Source: Spirochaetia bacterium (GTDB lineage: Bacteria; Spirochaetota; Spirochaetia; SZUA-6; Bin103). Taken from it: a DNA stretch of 64,000 nt. Positions 19,697-29,947 of this stretch are shown piece by piece. The notes below the pieces were generated by a model. That model had not been told where the DNA came from. It made no database searches and saw only the letters and a list, made by a program, of their open reading frames with translations. Made by a program: the position numbers and the translations under genes. The number at the start of each line of letters is the position of its first letter. The first letter of the stretch is position 1. Where the stretch lies: contig CBDAOI010000003.1 in assembly GCA_965198005.1 (NCBI GenBank), positions 1,088,001 through 1,152,000 on the forward strand, in the 5' to 3' direction.

Positions 19697-21532
19697 ATGG
19701 GCCAAAAGCGGCGGTTTTGGGGCGTTAGGACGGCCGCCGCCATCCTGCTGGGGGCGTGGCTGGGCTTGGCGGCGCTCGCCGGTTGCGTCACCCGGCCGCA
19801 TTCCGCCGTTCCCTCACTCGGTGCCGTCTACGTAGAAGAAATCGAGCAGATGGTGGCCGGCGGCGAGGCGCTCGCCGCCATTCCACGAATCGTGGCCCTG
19901 CGCAGCCGGGCGGACGCTCCGGTCGCCGCCGCCACGCTCGACGAGCTGCGCCGCACGGCGATCTCTGCGGTGCGCCGCGAGCTGGAACGGGCGCGGAACG
20001 AACAGCGCTACCTGGACGCGGCGGCGCTGGTGGCGTCGCTGGCCATTCTGCCGGACGGCGGCGTGGCCGGCGACGGGGCCCGCGGCGGGCAGGCGGCGCC
20101 GCTGATAGTCGATCTGTACCGGAGTGAAGTGCGGCGGCTCGCGGCGGACGGTCATGAGGTGAGTGCTCTGGCGATCGGGTTGCCGGAGCTGGAACGGGAG
20201 GAGTTGCCGTTCACGGAGGCGGACCTGCAGGAGCTGGCGGGCCTCGCTGCCCGGGTGGGCAACCGCGGCGCGTTGGTGCGGATCGCGCAGGCGGCGTCGG
20301 CGCGCGGACTGGCCGTGCGGCTGCCCACGCTGCCCCCGGCGCCGCCGTTTGCCGAGATGCTGGCGGGAACGGTAACCGTGGAGGTGGACCGCGGTCTCGA
20401 CGTGAGGGGCGGTGTGGGGGTCCCCGATCGGGTGATCGGCAGCGGGTTCTTCGTCGATCGGCACGGTCATCTGCTCACCAACTACCACGTGATCGAGAGC
20501 GAGGTCGATCCCGCCTACGAGGGCTACTCGCGGCTGTTCATCCGGCTCTCCGATCAGGATGATCAGAAGGTTTCGGCCAAGGTGGTGGGTTACGACCGGA
20601 TCTTCGACCTGGCGTTGCTGAAGACCGAGGTCAGGCCGGAGTACGTGTTCGCCTCCGCCGGAGCCGGTGAGCTGGTGAGCGGCGCTCCGGTGGTGGCGAT
20701 CGGGTCGCCCGGCGGGCTCGCCAAGACGGTCACGTCCGGCATCGTCTCGGCCACCGGGCGTCCGTTTCTTCAGCTCGGCGACGCGTTGCAGGTGGACGCG
20801 CCGCTCAATCCGGGCAACAGCGGCGGGCCGCTGCTGAGTCAGGACGGGGAACTGGTCGGCGTCACCTATGCCGGAATCGAGGAATTCGAGGGGATCAACT
20901 TCGGGATTCCGTACGTCTGGATACAGTACGTGCTGCCGCGGCTGTACCGGGGCGGCGCGGTTGTCCATCTGTGGCTGGGGGCCAACGTGCATCGGCAGGC
21001 GGGCGAGTTGGTGGTGAATTACGTGGTCCCCGGGTCTCCGGCCGCGATCGCGGGACTGGCGGTCGACGACGTGCTGCTCCAGGTGGGGAAGCATCGGGTG
21101 GACGGCGTCGCGGAGGTGCAGCGCCGGCTGCTCGGCTATCACGCCCCCACCCTGATCGAGCTGGTCGTGCGGCGCGGCGGGGCGGAACGTCGTCTCCTGG
21201 CGAGTCCGGGCGAGCGGCCCCACTTGCCGCTGGAACTGGCCCTCGAACGGGACACGCGCGACCGCGTGCTGGTGCCGCTGTTCGGGTTCGGCGTGGAGCA
21301 GGTGGGCGAGAGCCTGTTCGGTACCGACTACCGGGTGACGCGGGTGATTCCGGGGTCGCTCGCCGACGATACCGACATTGCGGTCGACGATCCGGTACGG
21401 GTCAGCCGCTTTCGCGTGGACGAGGAGGCGCGGGTCGCCAGTCTGCTGATCACGATCAAGCGGCGGCGCGGAGGCTTTCTGGAGAGCACGCTGCTGCTGG
21501 CGGTGAGCCTCGAACAGCGGTACTTTCTGTAG
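19697..21532 (+). CDS. HtrA/S1C-family serine protease with PDZ domain, probable lipoprotein
   Basis: LAGC lipobox, GSGF, TNYHV, DLALL, NPGNSGGPL, PDZ (GSPAAIAGL). Confidence 0.88.
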   Translation: MGQKRRFWGVRTAAAILLGAWLGLAALAGCVTRPHSAVPSLGAVYVEEIEQMVAGGEALAAIPRIVALRSRADAPVAAATLDELRRTAISAVRRELERARNEQRYLDAAALVASLAILPDGGVAGDGARGGQAAPLIVDLYRSEVRRLAADGHEVSALAIGLPELEREELPFTEADLQELAGLAARVGNRGALVRIAQAASARGLAVRLPTLPPAPPFAEMLAGTVTVEVDRGLDVRGGVGVPDRVIGSGFFVDRHGHLLTNYHVIESEVDPAYEGYSRLFIRLSDQDDQKVSAKVVGYDRIFDLALLKTEVRPEYVFASAGAGELVSGAPVVAIGSPGGLAKTVTSGIVSATGRPFLQLGDALQVDAPLNPGNSGGPLLSQDGELVGVTYAGIEEFEGINFGIPYVWIQYVLPRLYRGGAVVHLWLGANVHRQAGELVVNYVVPGSPAAIAGLAVDDVLLQVGKHRVDGVAEVQRRLLGYHAPTLIELVVRRGGAERRLLASPGERPHLPLELALERDTRDRVLVPLFGFGVEQVGESLFGTDYRVTRVIPGSLADDTDIAVDDPVRVSRFRVDEEARVASLLITIKRRRGGFLESTLLLAVSLEQRYFL

Positions 21533-21542
21533 CCTGAAGCAC

Positions 21543-23342
21543 ATGACCTCGACCACCCGCAACTTCTGCATCATCGCCCACGTCGACCACGGCAAGTCGA
21601 CGCTCGCCGATCGGTTCATTCAGCGTGCGCACCTGGTCTCGGAGCGGGAGTTCCACGATCAGATGCTCGATTCGATGCCGATCGAGCGCGAGCGCGGCAT
21701 CACCATCAAGTCGCAGGCGGTCTCGATCCCGTTTCCGGTAAACGGTACGCCGTACAACCTCAATCTGGTGGATACGCCGGGACACGTCGACTTCACCTAC
21801 GAGGTGTCGCGGGCGATCTGTTCGTGTGAGGGCGCGCTGCTCCTGATTGACGCCTCCCAGGGGGTCGAGGCGCAAACGCTGTCCAACTTCTATCTGGCGC
21901 TGGAGCAGGGTCTGGAGATCATTCCCGTGATCAACAAGACCGACCTGCCGGGAATCGACTACGACTGGCTGGCGGAGCAGATCGACCGCGATCTGGGGAT
22001 GGATCCGGAGCGTGCCATCCGGGTGTCGGCCAAGCGCGGAACCGGGATGGACGAGTTGCTGGCGGCCATCGTCACGCGGGTGCCGCCGCCGAGCGGGCGG
22101 CGCGATGACCCGTTGCGGGCGCTGATCTTCGATTCGGTATACGACCCCTACCGCGGGGTGGTGATCCACCTGCGGGTATTCGACGGTGCCATCGCGCCCG
22201 GCATGCCGTTGCGCTTCTGGTCCACCGGCAGCGTGCACACGGTGGAAGAAACCGGCACCTTCGGGGTCGGCACGACCAGCCGGACCGCCGGGCTGGCCGC
22301 CGGCGACGTAGGCTACCTGGTGGCCGGGGTGAAGGAGATCGCGGACGCCCGCGTCGGCGACACCGTGACGCGCGACGATCTCCCCTGCAGCGAGCCCCTG
22401 GCCGGCTTTCGTGAGGTAAAGCCGGTAGTGTTCGCCTCGATCTACCCGGTCGACTCCAACGACTGCGACGAGCTGTCCGCGGCGCTCGACCGGCTGGCGC
22501 TGAACGACGCCTCCCTTACCTACGAGAAGGACAGCTCGGCGGCGCTGGGGTTCGGGTTCCGCTGCGGGTTTCTCGGCATGCTCCACCTGGAGATCATGCA
22601 GGAGCGGCTGGAGCGGGAGTTCGACTTGGCGGTGATCGTGACCGTGCCGACCGTGCGCTACCGCGTGCACCGGAGCGACGGCACCGAGCTGGCCGTGGAC
22701 AACCCGCTGGACTACCCCGACCCCGCCCAGGTCGAGCGCGTCGAGGAACCGTTCATCCGCGCCAGCATCATCACGCCGACCGAGTACGTCGGGGCGGTAA
22801 TCGGGCTGTGCCTGGCCAAGCGCGGCACCCAGCGGTCGATGAACTACCTCGATCAGCGGCGGGTGGAGCTGGTGTACGACCTGCCGCTGGCGGACGTGAT
22901 CTACGAATTCTACGACACCTTGAAGTCGGTGAGCCGCGGCTACGCCTCATTCGACTACGAGCTGACCGACTATCGGCCGTCCGACCTGGTGCGGCTGGAC
23001 ATCCTGCTCAACGGCCGTACGGTGGACGCGCTCGCCCAGCTCGTGTTCCGCGCAGGCGCGCGCCAGCGCGCGCACGAGATCTGTCGCCGGCTCAAGGACG
23101 AGATTCCGCGCCACCAGTTCAAGGTGCCGATCCAGGGCGCCGTGGGCAGCCAGATCATTGCCCGCGAGACCGTGTCCGCGGTGCGCAAGGACGTCACGGC
23201 CAAGTGTTACGGCGGCGACGTTACGCGCAAGCGCAAGCTGCTCGAGCGCCAGAAGGAGGGCAAGAAACGGATGAAGCAGATCGGCGACGTGCAACTGCCC
23301 AAGTCCGCCTTTCTGGCAGTGCTGAAACCCCCAGCCGCGTAG
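21543..23342 (+). CDS. lepA: Elongation factor 4 (LepA)
   Basis: AHVDHGKST, RERGITIK, DTPGH, GFRCGFLG, KCYGGDVTRKRKLL. Confidence 0.97.
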   Translation: MTSTTRNFCIIAHVDHGKSTLADRFIQRAHLVSEREFHDQMLDSMPIERERGITIKSQAVSIPFPVNGTPYNLNLVDTPGHVDFTYEVSRAICSCEGALLLIDASQGVEAQTLSNFYLALEQGLEIIPVINKTDLPGIDYDWLAEQIDRDLGMDPERAIRVSAKRGTGMDELLAAIVTRVPPPSGRRDDPLRALIFDSVYDPYRGVVIHLRVFDGAIAPGMPLRFWSTGSVHTVEETGTFGVGTTSRTAGLAAGDVGYLVAGVKEIADARVGDTVTRDDLPCSEPLAGFREVKPVVFASIYPVDSNDCDELSAALDRLALNDASLTYEKDSSAALGFGFRCGFLGMLHLEIMQERLEREFDLAVIVTVPTVRYRVHRSDGTELAVDNPLDYPDPAQVERVEEPFIRASIITPTEYVGAVIGLCLAKRGTQRSMNYLDQRRVELVYDLPLADVIYEFYDTLKSVSRGYASFDYELTDYRPSDLVRLDILLNGRTVDALAQLVFRAGARQRAHEICRRLKDEIPRHQFKVPIQGAVGSQIIARETVSAVRKDVTAKCYGGDVTRKRKLLERQKEGKKRMKQIGDVQLPKSAFLAVLKPPAA

Positions 23343-23353
23343 GAGTCCGATGG

Positions 23354-24910
23354 CTAGAATATCGCCTGGGTGGGCGGTCCCTGCACCGGGGTGCTCTGGG
23401 CCTGGGTGAAGCGCCCGATCGCTTCCTGGAAGTTGTCGACCAGGAGCTCGGACTCGAACACGTTGCGCTGAAGATCCTGCGGTACGGCGGTGGCCACGAA
23501 GTACTCGTGGAACGACTCCAGGTCGCGCTGCGTGGTCTCGTCGATGGTGCGTTCCTCGCGGAGCTGCAGCACCAGGATGCCGGTGTCGAGTGCAATCGGG
23601 CCCGAGATCTCGCCCGGCCCGAGGCTGAAGCCGCGCGCAAAGAACTCTTCGTGGTACGGTGCGGTCCGGAGCAGGTCGCTGTCGAGGTCGAGCGCGCGCA
23701 CCGGCTGCGTGAGCAGCAGATTGCGGAAATTGATCGGGAAGAACTCGCTCTCGACGGTCTCGACTCCCAACGCGGCGGCGGCCGCGGCGAAGCCGTCGGC
23801 CAGCGCCTGCTGCCGGAACCGCTCCGCCTCGGCGACGTGGAAGTCCTGGACGAAGCCGCGCTCGTAGCGGCTCAGGTAGTCCTGCACCGCGGCCCATACC
23901 TCGGCATCGCCGAAGTCCGGCTCGATCATCTCCGTGTCCGCACGGTAGATCACCTCGCCGAAGCGGCTGGACAACACGTCGGTGGTCTCCCCCGTACTCA
24001 GGGCGAACACCGCTTCCGCGAGCGTAGCGTCCTCGAAGTCGCGCTCCAGGTCGTAGTAGTACTTCCAGCCGACGTCGCCACCGGTGGCTACATCGTCCAG
24101 AGAGTACAGGCGCGCCAGCTCTTCGAAGCTCGCGGAGCCGTCCCGCAGCCGCTGGAGCACGTCCGCGCTCTCCCCACTGCCCGCGCGCACCCGAATCCGG
24201 CTGAGCTTGATCCGGCGGAACAGGTCCGTGCGCTCCTGGCCGAGTTCGATCAGGCGCGCCTCCGGGAGCTGGTCGAAGCTGAATGCAGCGACCATGAAGC
24301 TGCGTTCCGTGGTGCCCATCGCCTGAAAGAACGCGCCCGCCTTGGAACTGGTGTTCACCTCGGCCAGGTCGCGGAAGTACTGGCGCTCCACGAGCTGCTC
24401 GGCCACCAGCTTCCGGTTGGTCCGCTTCTGCGAGGCCGGCGTGGCGTTGTACCGGTCCTCGCTGAACACCCCGCCGATCACGTACGGACCGGTACGGATC
24501 AGCTCGCTGTCGATCAGGTTGTCGGAGACCGTCAGGTCGGAGCCGGCGGCCCGGTCCAGCACCGCGACCCGGAAGGTGGCGCGTTGAAACGCCTGGCGGA
24601 TGATGGTGTAGAGCTCGGAGCCGTCAGAGTCGGCGCGGTTCAGTCCCCGGCGCTGATCCGAAATCTGCAGGATCTGACTGTGGAAGTAGTTGCCGGGTTT
24701 GTGGACGATCTCCACGCCGTCGTAGAACCCGAAGACCGTGGACGAGCCGACGCCGGCGAACCGGCCGATCGCCGGCGCGCCGATGAAGGACACCGTGATC
24801 AGCACCAGCACGATCACGCTGCCGATATAGAGCAGCGGGTTGGACTTGCGCTGCGCCGCAATGGCGGCATGCGGGCGCTTCGGGGAAGTGCGTTCGTGTT
24901 TCTTTGCCAT
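23354..24910 (-). CDS. SurA/PpiD-like membrane-anchored parvulin peptidyl-prolyl isomerase/chaperone
   Basis: N-terminal TM helix, SFEELARLYSLD..TGGDVGW, FALSTGETTDV, LGPGEISGPI. Confidence 0.75.
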   Translation of the reverse strand: MAKKHERTSPKRPHAAIAAQRKSNPLLYIGSVIVLVLITVSFIGAPAIGRFAGVGSSTVFGFYDGVEIVHKPGNYFHSQILQISDQRRGLNRADSDGSELYTIIRQAFQRATFRVAVLDRAAGSDLTVSDNLIDSELIRTGPYVIGGVFSEDRYNATPASQKRTNRKLVAEQLVERQYFRDLAEVNTSSKAGAFFQAMGTTERSFMVAAFSFDQLPEARLIELGQERTDLFRRIKLSRIRVRAGSGESADVLQRLRDGSASFEELARLYSLDDVATGGDVGWKYYYDLERDFEDATLAEAVFALSTGETTDVLSSRFGEVIYRADTEMIEPDFGDAEVWAAVQDYLSRYERGFVQDFHVAEAERFRQQALADGFAAAAAALGVETVESEFFPINFRNLLLTQPVRALDLDSDLLRTAPYHEEFFARGFSLGPGEISGPIALDTGILVLQLREERTIDETTQRDLESFHEYFVATAVPQDLQRNVFESELLVDNFQEAIGRFTQAQSTPVQGPPTQAIF

Positions 24911-25014
24911 GGATTCGGGGAGCTTGCCACGAATAGTAGCGCAAGCCGCGGGTTGCGACAACAGGGGGTTTCCGCGCGAACCGGGTGCGCAGCGCTGCGG
25001 AGCGCACGCAAGCG

Positions 25015-25044
25015 TTGACAGCGGCGCCGGTCGGCACCTATATT
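25015..25044 (+). promoter_or_regulatory. Promoter for the tRNA-Asp/tRNA-Pro pair
   Basis: TTGACA-N18-TATATT. Confidence 0.6.
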
Positions 25045-25061
25045 GAGCGGGCAGTTGAACT

Positions 25062-25135
25062 GGGGGCGTGGCGAAGGTGGTTATCGCGCCGGCCTGTCAA
25101 GCCGGAGGCCGCGGGTTCAAGTCCCGTCGCTCCCG
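25062..25135 (+). tRNA. tRNA-Asp (GUC)
   Basis: GGGGGCG/CGCTCCC stem, CCGGC-CTGTCAA-GCCGG, GGTTCAAGTCC. Confidence 0.95.
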
Positions 25136-25152
25136 AACCAGCATCACGTTTG

Positions 25153-25225
25153 CGGGCTGTGGCGCAGTGGCTAGCGCGCTCGGTTCGGGACCGAGAGGTC
25201 GGGAGTTCAAGTCTCCCCAGCCCGA
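25153..25225 (+). tRNA. tRNA-Pro (CGG)
   Basis: CGGGCTG/CAGCCCG stem, CTCGG-TTCGGGA-CCGAG, AGTTCAAGTCT. Confidence 0.95.
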
Positions 25226-25273
25226 CATCCCGCCGCACTCCAGATCAGGCGCATCCGAACCGAAACTTAGGCT

Positions 25274-26131
25274 ATGAGGCGCACATCTCTCGGTAGCGTC
25301 CCGGTGCCGGTGTCGCTTGGCGGCCGCGGCGGCCGGTACCGGTTGCGGTGGTGGGTGCTCGGACTGGCCCTGCTGGTCGCAGTTGCCGCGCCGGCGCCGG
25401 CCGACTCCGGGCGTACGCATCGCGTGGCCGCGGGAGAGACTCTGTATCGGATCGCCAAGAACTACGGGATTACCGTGGACCTGTTGCGTGACGCGAACGC
25501 GATTACCGATCCGACCCGGTTGCGCGTCGGCCAGGAGCTGGTCATCCCGCGCGCGCACGTGGTGCGGCCGGGCGATACGGTGTACGCCCTGAGCCGCCGG
25601 TTTCAGGTCGAAGTGGCGGAGATTCTGCGCGCCAATGGCATCACCGATCCGACCTCGATGGAGATCGGGGAACTGCTGGTGATACCGGGGGGCAACGGGG
25701 AGGCGGCGCGCCGACCCGAGGCCGCGGCCACCGTCGCCCGCGCGGCGCCCGCCGCGTCCACGCGCCCCGTGAGCGACGAGAATCGGTTGTGGCCGCTACA
25801 CGGCCCGCGCCGCCGGCTCACCGGCAAGCTCACGGGAATCGTAATCGCGGGCCAGGAGGGGGCGGCGGTACGCTCGGTGTCGTCCGGCACCGTGCGCTGG
25901 GCCAGCCCCAGCCGCGGGTTTGGACACGTGGTCCTGGTGCAGAATCCGTTGGGGTACATCTTCGGGTACCTCGGCAACAGCGAGACCTTGGTGGACGTGG
26001 GCGATCGGGTCGAGATCGGCACCGAGATCGGGCGCCTCGGCATCAACCCGCACGATGACCAGCCCAGCCTGTACTTCGTGGTGTTCAAGGACGGGCGCCC
26101 CGCCGACCCGTCACTCGCGCCGCGCGTGTGA
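25274..26131 (+). CDS. 2x LysM plus M23-like domain protein (NlpD-like, metal ligands degenerate)
   Basis: HRVAAGETLYRIAKNYG and HVVRPGDTVYALSRRF LysM repeats; GFGHVVLVQ..YLGN..VDVGDRV M23-like region. Confidence 0.85.
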   Translation: MRRTSLGSVPVPVSLGGRGGRYRLRWWVLGLALLVAVAAPAPADSGRTHRVAAGETLYRIAKNYGITVDLLRDANAITDPTRLRVGQELVIPRAHVVRPGDTVYALSRRFQVEVAEILRANGITDPTSMEIGELLVIPGGNGEAARRPEAAATVARAAPAASTRPVSDENRLWPLHGPRRRLTGKLTGIVIAGQEGAAVRSVSSGTVRWASPSRGFGHVVLVQNPLGYIFGYLGNSETLVDVGDRVEIGTEIGRLGINPHDDQPSLYFVVFKDGRPADPSLAPRV

Positions 26132-27195
26132 CCACCTATCGCTTCGCCGCGGCGCCGCCGGTTACGCGGGTACTGTTCAATGACGAGCTGGCCGCCGCGT
26201 TGCGCGCCGCGGCCAACCGGGTGGTGGTGTTCGACGGCACCACGGCGCGGCTGTTCGGCGCGGGGGTGCCGGACCCGGTGCTGCTGGAAGACCGGGAGCG
26301 CGCCAAGGGCTGGAGCTCCGTGGAGCGGGTGCTGCTGGCCGCGCACGGACGCGGCCTGGACCGGGCCGGTGAGATCGTGGGCGTCGGCGGCGGCGCGGTG
26401 TGCGACGTGGCCGCGTTCGCGGCGTCGATCTATCTGCGCGGCGTGCGCCTGATGCTGATCCCGACCACGGTCACCGCGATGGTGGATGCCGCGCTGGGCG
26501 GCAAGACCGGCATCAACCTGCGCCAGGGCAAGAACCTGGTCGGCACGTTCTACCCCGCGCACACGCTGGTGATCGTGCCGCGCGTGGTGGGGCACCTGTC
26601 CGACGTCGACTACCTGGACGGGCTGGCCGAGGTGATCAAGACCGCCCTGCTGGGGGACGCCGAGCTGCTGGCGCTGCTGGAGCGGCAGCGCGCGGGAGTT
26701 CTGGCGCGGGCGCCGGCCCTGGTGGGCGAGTACGTGCGCCGCTGCCTGGCGGTCAAGGCGCGGTTCGTGGCCGGCGACCTGCGCGAGGAACGCGGGACGG
26801 CGGTGGGGCCGGACGGCACGTCGCGGGCGTTTCTCAACCTGGGACACACCTTCGCGCATGCGCTGGAGTCGGCGTCCGGGTTTGCCTGGACCCACGGCGC
26901 GGCGGTGGCGTGGGGCATCGTGCGCGCCATGCGCCTGGGCCGGGCGCTGGGCGTGACCGACCCCGCGTACGCGGCGCGCGTCGAGCGCTTGGTGCGCGCC
27001 TACGGGTACCGGCTGACCGCGGGCGGGATCGATCCGGACCGCCTGCTGGCCGCGATGCGGTCGGACAAGAAGCGGAGCGGCAACGAGCTGCGCTTCGTTC
27101 TGCAGCGCGCTCTGGCGCAGACCGTGCTGCAGGCAGTGGACCCTGCGCAGGTGCGCCGGGTCCTGGCGGACGACGACGGCCGCAACGCGGGATAA
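26128..27195 (+). CDS. aroB: 3-dehydroquinate synthase
   Basis: GGGAVCD, PTT...VDAALGGKTGIN, GLAEVIK, LNLGHTFAHALE, HGAAV. Confidence 0.93.
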   Translation: MTTYRFAAAPPVTRVLFNDELAAALRAAANRVVVFDGTTARLFGAGVPDPVLLEDRERAKGWSSVERVLLAAHGRGLDRAGEIVGVGGGAVCDVAAFAASIYLRGVRLMLIPTTVTAMVDAALGGKTGINLRQGKNLVGTFYPAHTLVIVPRVVGHLSDVDYLDGLAEVIKTALLGDAELLALLERQRAGVLARAPALVGEYVRRCLAVKARFVAGDLREERGTAVGPDGTSRAFLNLGHTFAHALESASGFAWTHGAAVAWGIVRAMRLGRALGVTDPAYAARVERLVRAYGYRLTAGGIDPDRLLAAMRSDKKRSGNELRFVLQRALAQTVLQAVDPAQVRRVLADDDGRNAG

Positions 27196-27219
27196 GCCTG
27201 GGTAAGCCTTGGATAAGCC

Positions 27220-29853
27220 CTACAGCAGTTCGGATACGCGCCGGTAGACTGCGCTGAGGCGGGCCTGCTGCGCGTTGTCCAGCGTGCCGGCGGGCGCGTC
27301 GGCCAGTTCCTCCAGCGCCGCCAGGCTATCGGCCACCGCGCTCTGCAGAGTGCGGCGCGCCGCCAGCCGGAAGCGGCCGTGCGAATCGGTGCGCAGCGCC
27401 AGGAAGGCGAGCTGGGTGCCGGCGGGGGTGCGCGGGGCGAGCGCCAGCACATGGTCGAGCCGCCGCACCAGGGGAGCGGCGTCGCCGGGAAGCTGCATCG
27501 GCTCGCGCGGCCAGGTTGCGTCAACGCGGTGGTCGGGGTCGGCCTTGCGCAGCACCTCGAACAGGACCGGCAGGCGGGCGCCGGTCATCACCTCGGCCCC
27601 GTCCAGCATGATCCGGCCGCGCAGCTTGCGGTGGGCGGCCAGCGCCCGCCGGCCGGCGCGCCGCGCCAGCGGCGCCGCCTGCCGCCACGGCAGGGTGACC
27701 ATCTGCCCCTTGCTGCCGTGCGCGGACAGCGCGAAGGTCTCGCCCAGGATGCGCACCTGGGCCTCGGCGCGCCGCGCCCAGCCGCGGTCGGGCGGTTCGT
27801 CCACCGCCGCCGCGGCTCCGCGCCTCCGGCGGCGCCGGCCGCCGTCCCGCGCCGCGGCCGGCGCCGCCGCCACCAGGTCGGCCAGCAGATCGGGCGACAG
27901 CGCCTGCACTTCCGCGCGCTGCAGCGGCGACACCGAACGGGCGTAGGTGCGCGACGTGCGCACGACCTCGCCGGCGACGATGAAGCGGGCCTGCTGCCCG
28001 TACATGCCGGATCCCGGGTGGATGAAGATGTTGCCGGCGGTGGGGCTGCGGTAGCGTCCGGGCCCCACGGCCACGCACACGAACTGGATCAGCCCGCGCG
28101 CCACCGCGCACAAGTAATGGCTCAGCGCGGCGTCAGTCGCGCCGCCGCTCGCGCCGCCGCTTGCGCCCTCGGTGGCACCACCGCCATCTCCACCGGCGGC
28201 GCGCGGCGCGAACCGCGCGGCCGGAACCCCGAGGCCGGTGACGATCTCCTCGAGTTGCGTCTTGATGTTGAGAATCTCGTGCATCGTACGCGGCTCAAGG
28301 TAGTTGCGCGCGCAGAACTCCTCCCGGTCGCGGCTGTCGCGGAAGTCCCGGAACAGGTGCAGATAAGCCACCAGGTCGCCGAGCGGGTGGCGAAACCGGT
28401 GGTGCGCGTGGCGCGCCTCCAGCTCGTGCCCCTCGGGCAGCACCAGCGGGCTCGGCACCGACAGAAACGCGGCGGCGATCAGCGTCTCCTCCAGCACGTC
28501 CGGGTAGCGGCGGATCGCTTCCACCAGCATGCGCGCGTGGCGCGGGAGGATCGGAAACTGCACCATCAGCCGGCCGGCCTCGGTCAGCGACCGGTCCGCA
28601 TCGAGGGCGTCCAGCAGTTCCAGCAGGCGGACGGCGCCGGCGATCCGTTCCGCTCCGGGTGACGACAGAAAGTCGAACTCCTCGTAATCGCTGATCCCGA
28701 GATCGGCCATGCGCAGCACCACCTCGGACAGGTCGGTGCGGTGGATCTCCTCCAGTTGGAACAGCGGACGCTGGCGGTAGGACTCCTCGGAGTAGAGGCG
28801 GTAGCAGACGCCGGGCCCGGTACGGCCCGCGCGGCCCCGGCGCTGGTTGCAGGAAGCGTGCGCGATCGGTTGTTCGGTAAGGGCCGCGGTGAAGGTGCGC
28901 GGGTTGTAGGAGTTGATCTTTCCCAGCCCCGCGTCGATCACGAAGCCGATGCCGGGGATGGTGAGGCTGGTCTCGGCGATGTTGGTGGCCACCACCATTT
29001 TGCGCCGGCCCGGAAACGAATCGAACACGCGTCCCTGCTCCGCCTGAGACAGCCGCGCGAACAGCGGCAGCAGTTGCCAGCGGCGGCTCTCGTGGCGGGC
29101 GCCGAGCCGGGCGATACAGGCGCGGATGTCGCGCTCGCCGGAGAGGAAAATCAACACGTCGCCGCGCTCGCGCGCGCGGTCGATCTCCAGCACCACCGTT
29201 TCGATGCCGTCCAGAAGCTGCTCGGGGTCGCCGGCCGGCTGGAACGGACGGTAGAGGATCCGCACCGGATGCTGCGGCGTGTCGATACGCACGATCGGGC
29301 ATTGATCGAAGTACTCCGAAAACACCTCGGCGTTGATCGTGGCGGAGGACACGATCACCTTGAACTCGGGACGCTGCGCCAGCACCCCCTTGAGCAGCCC
29401 GAGCGCGAAGTCGATGTTGAGCGAGCGTTCATGCGCCTCGTCGATGATCAGCACCGTGTACTCGCGCAGCAGGCGGTCGTGCTTGAGCTCCTGCAGCAGC
29501 ACGCCGTCGGTCATGAACTTGATCCGGGTGCGGGCGGTGGTAGTGTCCTCGAACCGCATCTTGTAGGCCACCAGATCGGCCGGCACGTCGCCGGTGGCCA
29601 GGAGCTGGGCGCGGATGAAGTCGCTCACCGACACCGCGGCGATGCGGCGCGGCTGGGTCACGCCGATGCGGTGCGTGCCGGCGTACCCCGCTTCGTACAG
29701 GATGCGGGGAAGCTGGGTGGTCTTGCCGGAACCGGTGGGGCTCTCGACTACGATCACGGGGCTGCGCGCGAGCTGCTCCAGGATTTCCTCCCGGTGGCGG
29801 GACACGGGCAGCGCGGCGGCCAGTTCGATGATTGCCGCGGAGTCGGGTTGCAT
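27220..29853 (-). CDS. hrpA: ATP-dependent DEAH-box RNA helicase HrpA
   Basis: SPTGSGKTTQ, TQPRR, DEAHERS, SAT, TNIAETSLT, QRRGRAGR; start ATG 29853. Confidence 0.92.
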   Translation of the reverse strand: MQPDSAAIIELAAALPVSRHREEILEQLARSPVIVVESPTGSGKTTQLPRILYEAGYAGTHRIGVTQPRRIAAVSVSDFIRAQLLATGDVPADLVAYKMRFEDTTTARTRIKFMTDGVLLQELKHDRLLREYTVLIIDEAHERSLNIDFALGLLKGVLAQRPEFKVIVSSATINAEVFSEYFDQCPIVRIDTPQHPVRILYRPFQPAGDPEQLLDGIETVVLEIDRARERGDVLIFLSGERDIRACIARLGARHESRRWQLLPLFARLSQAEQGRVFDSFPGRRKMVVATNIAETSLTIPGIGFVIDAGLGKINSYNPRTFTAALTEQPIAHASCNQRRGRAGRTGPGVCYRLYSEESYRQRPLFQLEEIHRTDLSEVVLRMADLGISDYEEFDFLSSPGAERIAGAVRLLELLDALDADRSLTEAGRLMVQFPILPRHARMLVEAIRRYPDVLEETLIAAAFLSVPSPLVLPEGHELEARHAHHRFRHPLGDLVAYLHLFRDFRDSRDREEFCARNYLEPRTMHEILNIKTQLEEIVTGLGVPAARFAPRAAGGDGGGATEGASGGASGGATDAALSHYLCAVARGLIQFVCVAVGPGRYRSPTAGNIFIHPGSGMYGQQARFIVAGEVVRTSRTYARSVSPLQRAEVQALSPDLLADLVAAAPAAARDGGRRRRRRGAAAAVDEPPDRGWARRAEAQVRILGETFALSAHGSKGQMVTLPWRQAAPLARRAGRRALAAHRKLRGRIMLDGAEVMTGARLPVLFEVLRKADPDHRVDATWPREPMQLPGDAAPLVRRLDHVLALAPRTPAGTQLAFLALRTDSHGRFRLAARRTLQSAVADSLAALEELADAPAGTLDNAQQARLSAVYRRVSELL

Positions 29854-29862
29854 TCTCCAGTG

Positions 29863-29947
29863 TACCCCAACCATGCTACCCTGGGCGAGCGCGCACGAGG
29901 CACACCGGCAGCCATGGCACTTCCGCGACAGATTCGTCCGCCCCGGG
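29863..29947. repeat. Direct repeat copy 1 (~85 bp; partner at 37124-37207)
   Basis: 29898-29947 is identical to 37158-37207; the 5' part has a few mismatches. Confidence 0.9.

Noticed and set aside
27190-27220. Imperfect GGATAAGCCT x3 between convergent aroB and hrpA
   Set aside because: Too short and degenerate to assign a function; no hairpin or U-tract
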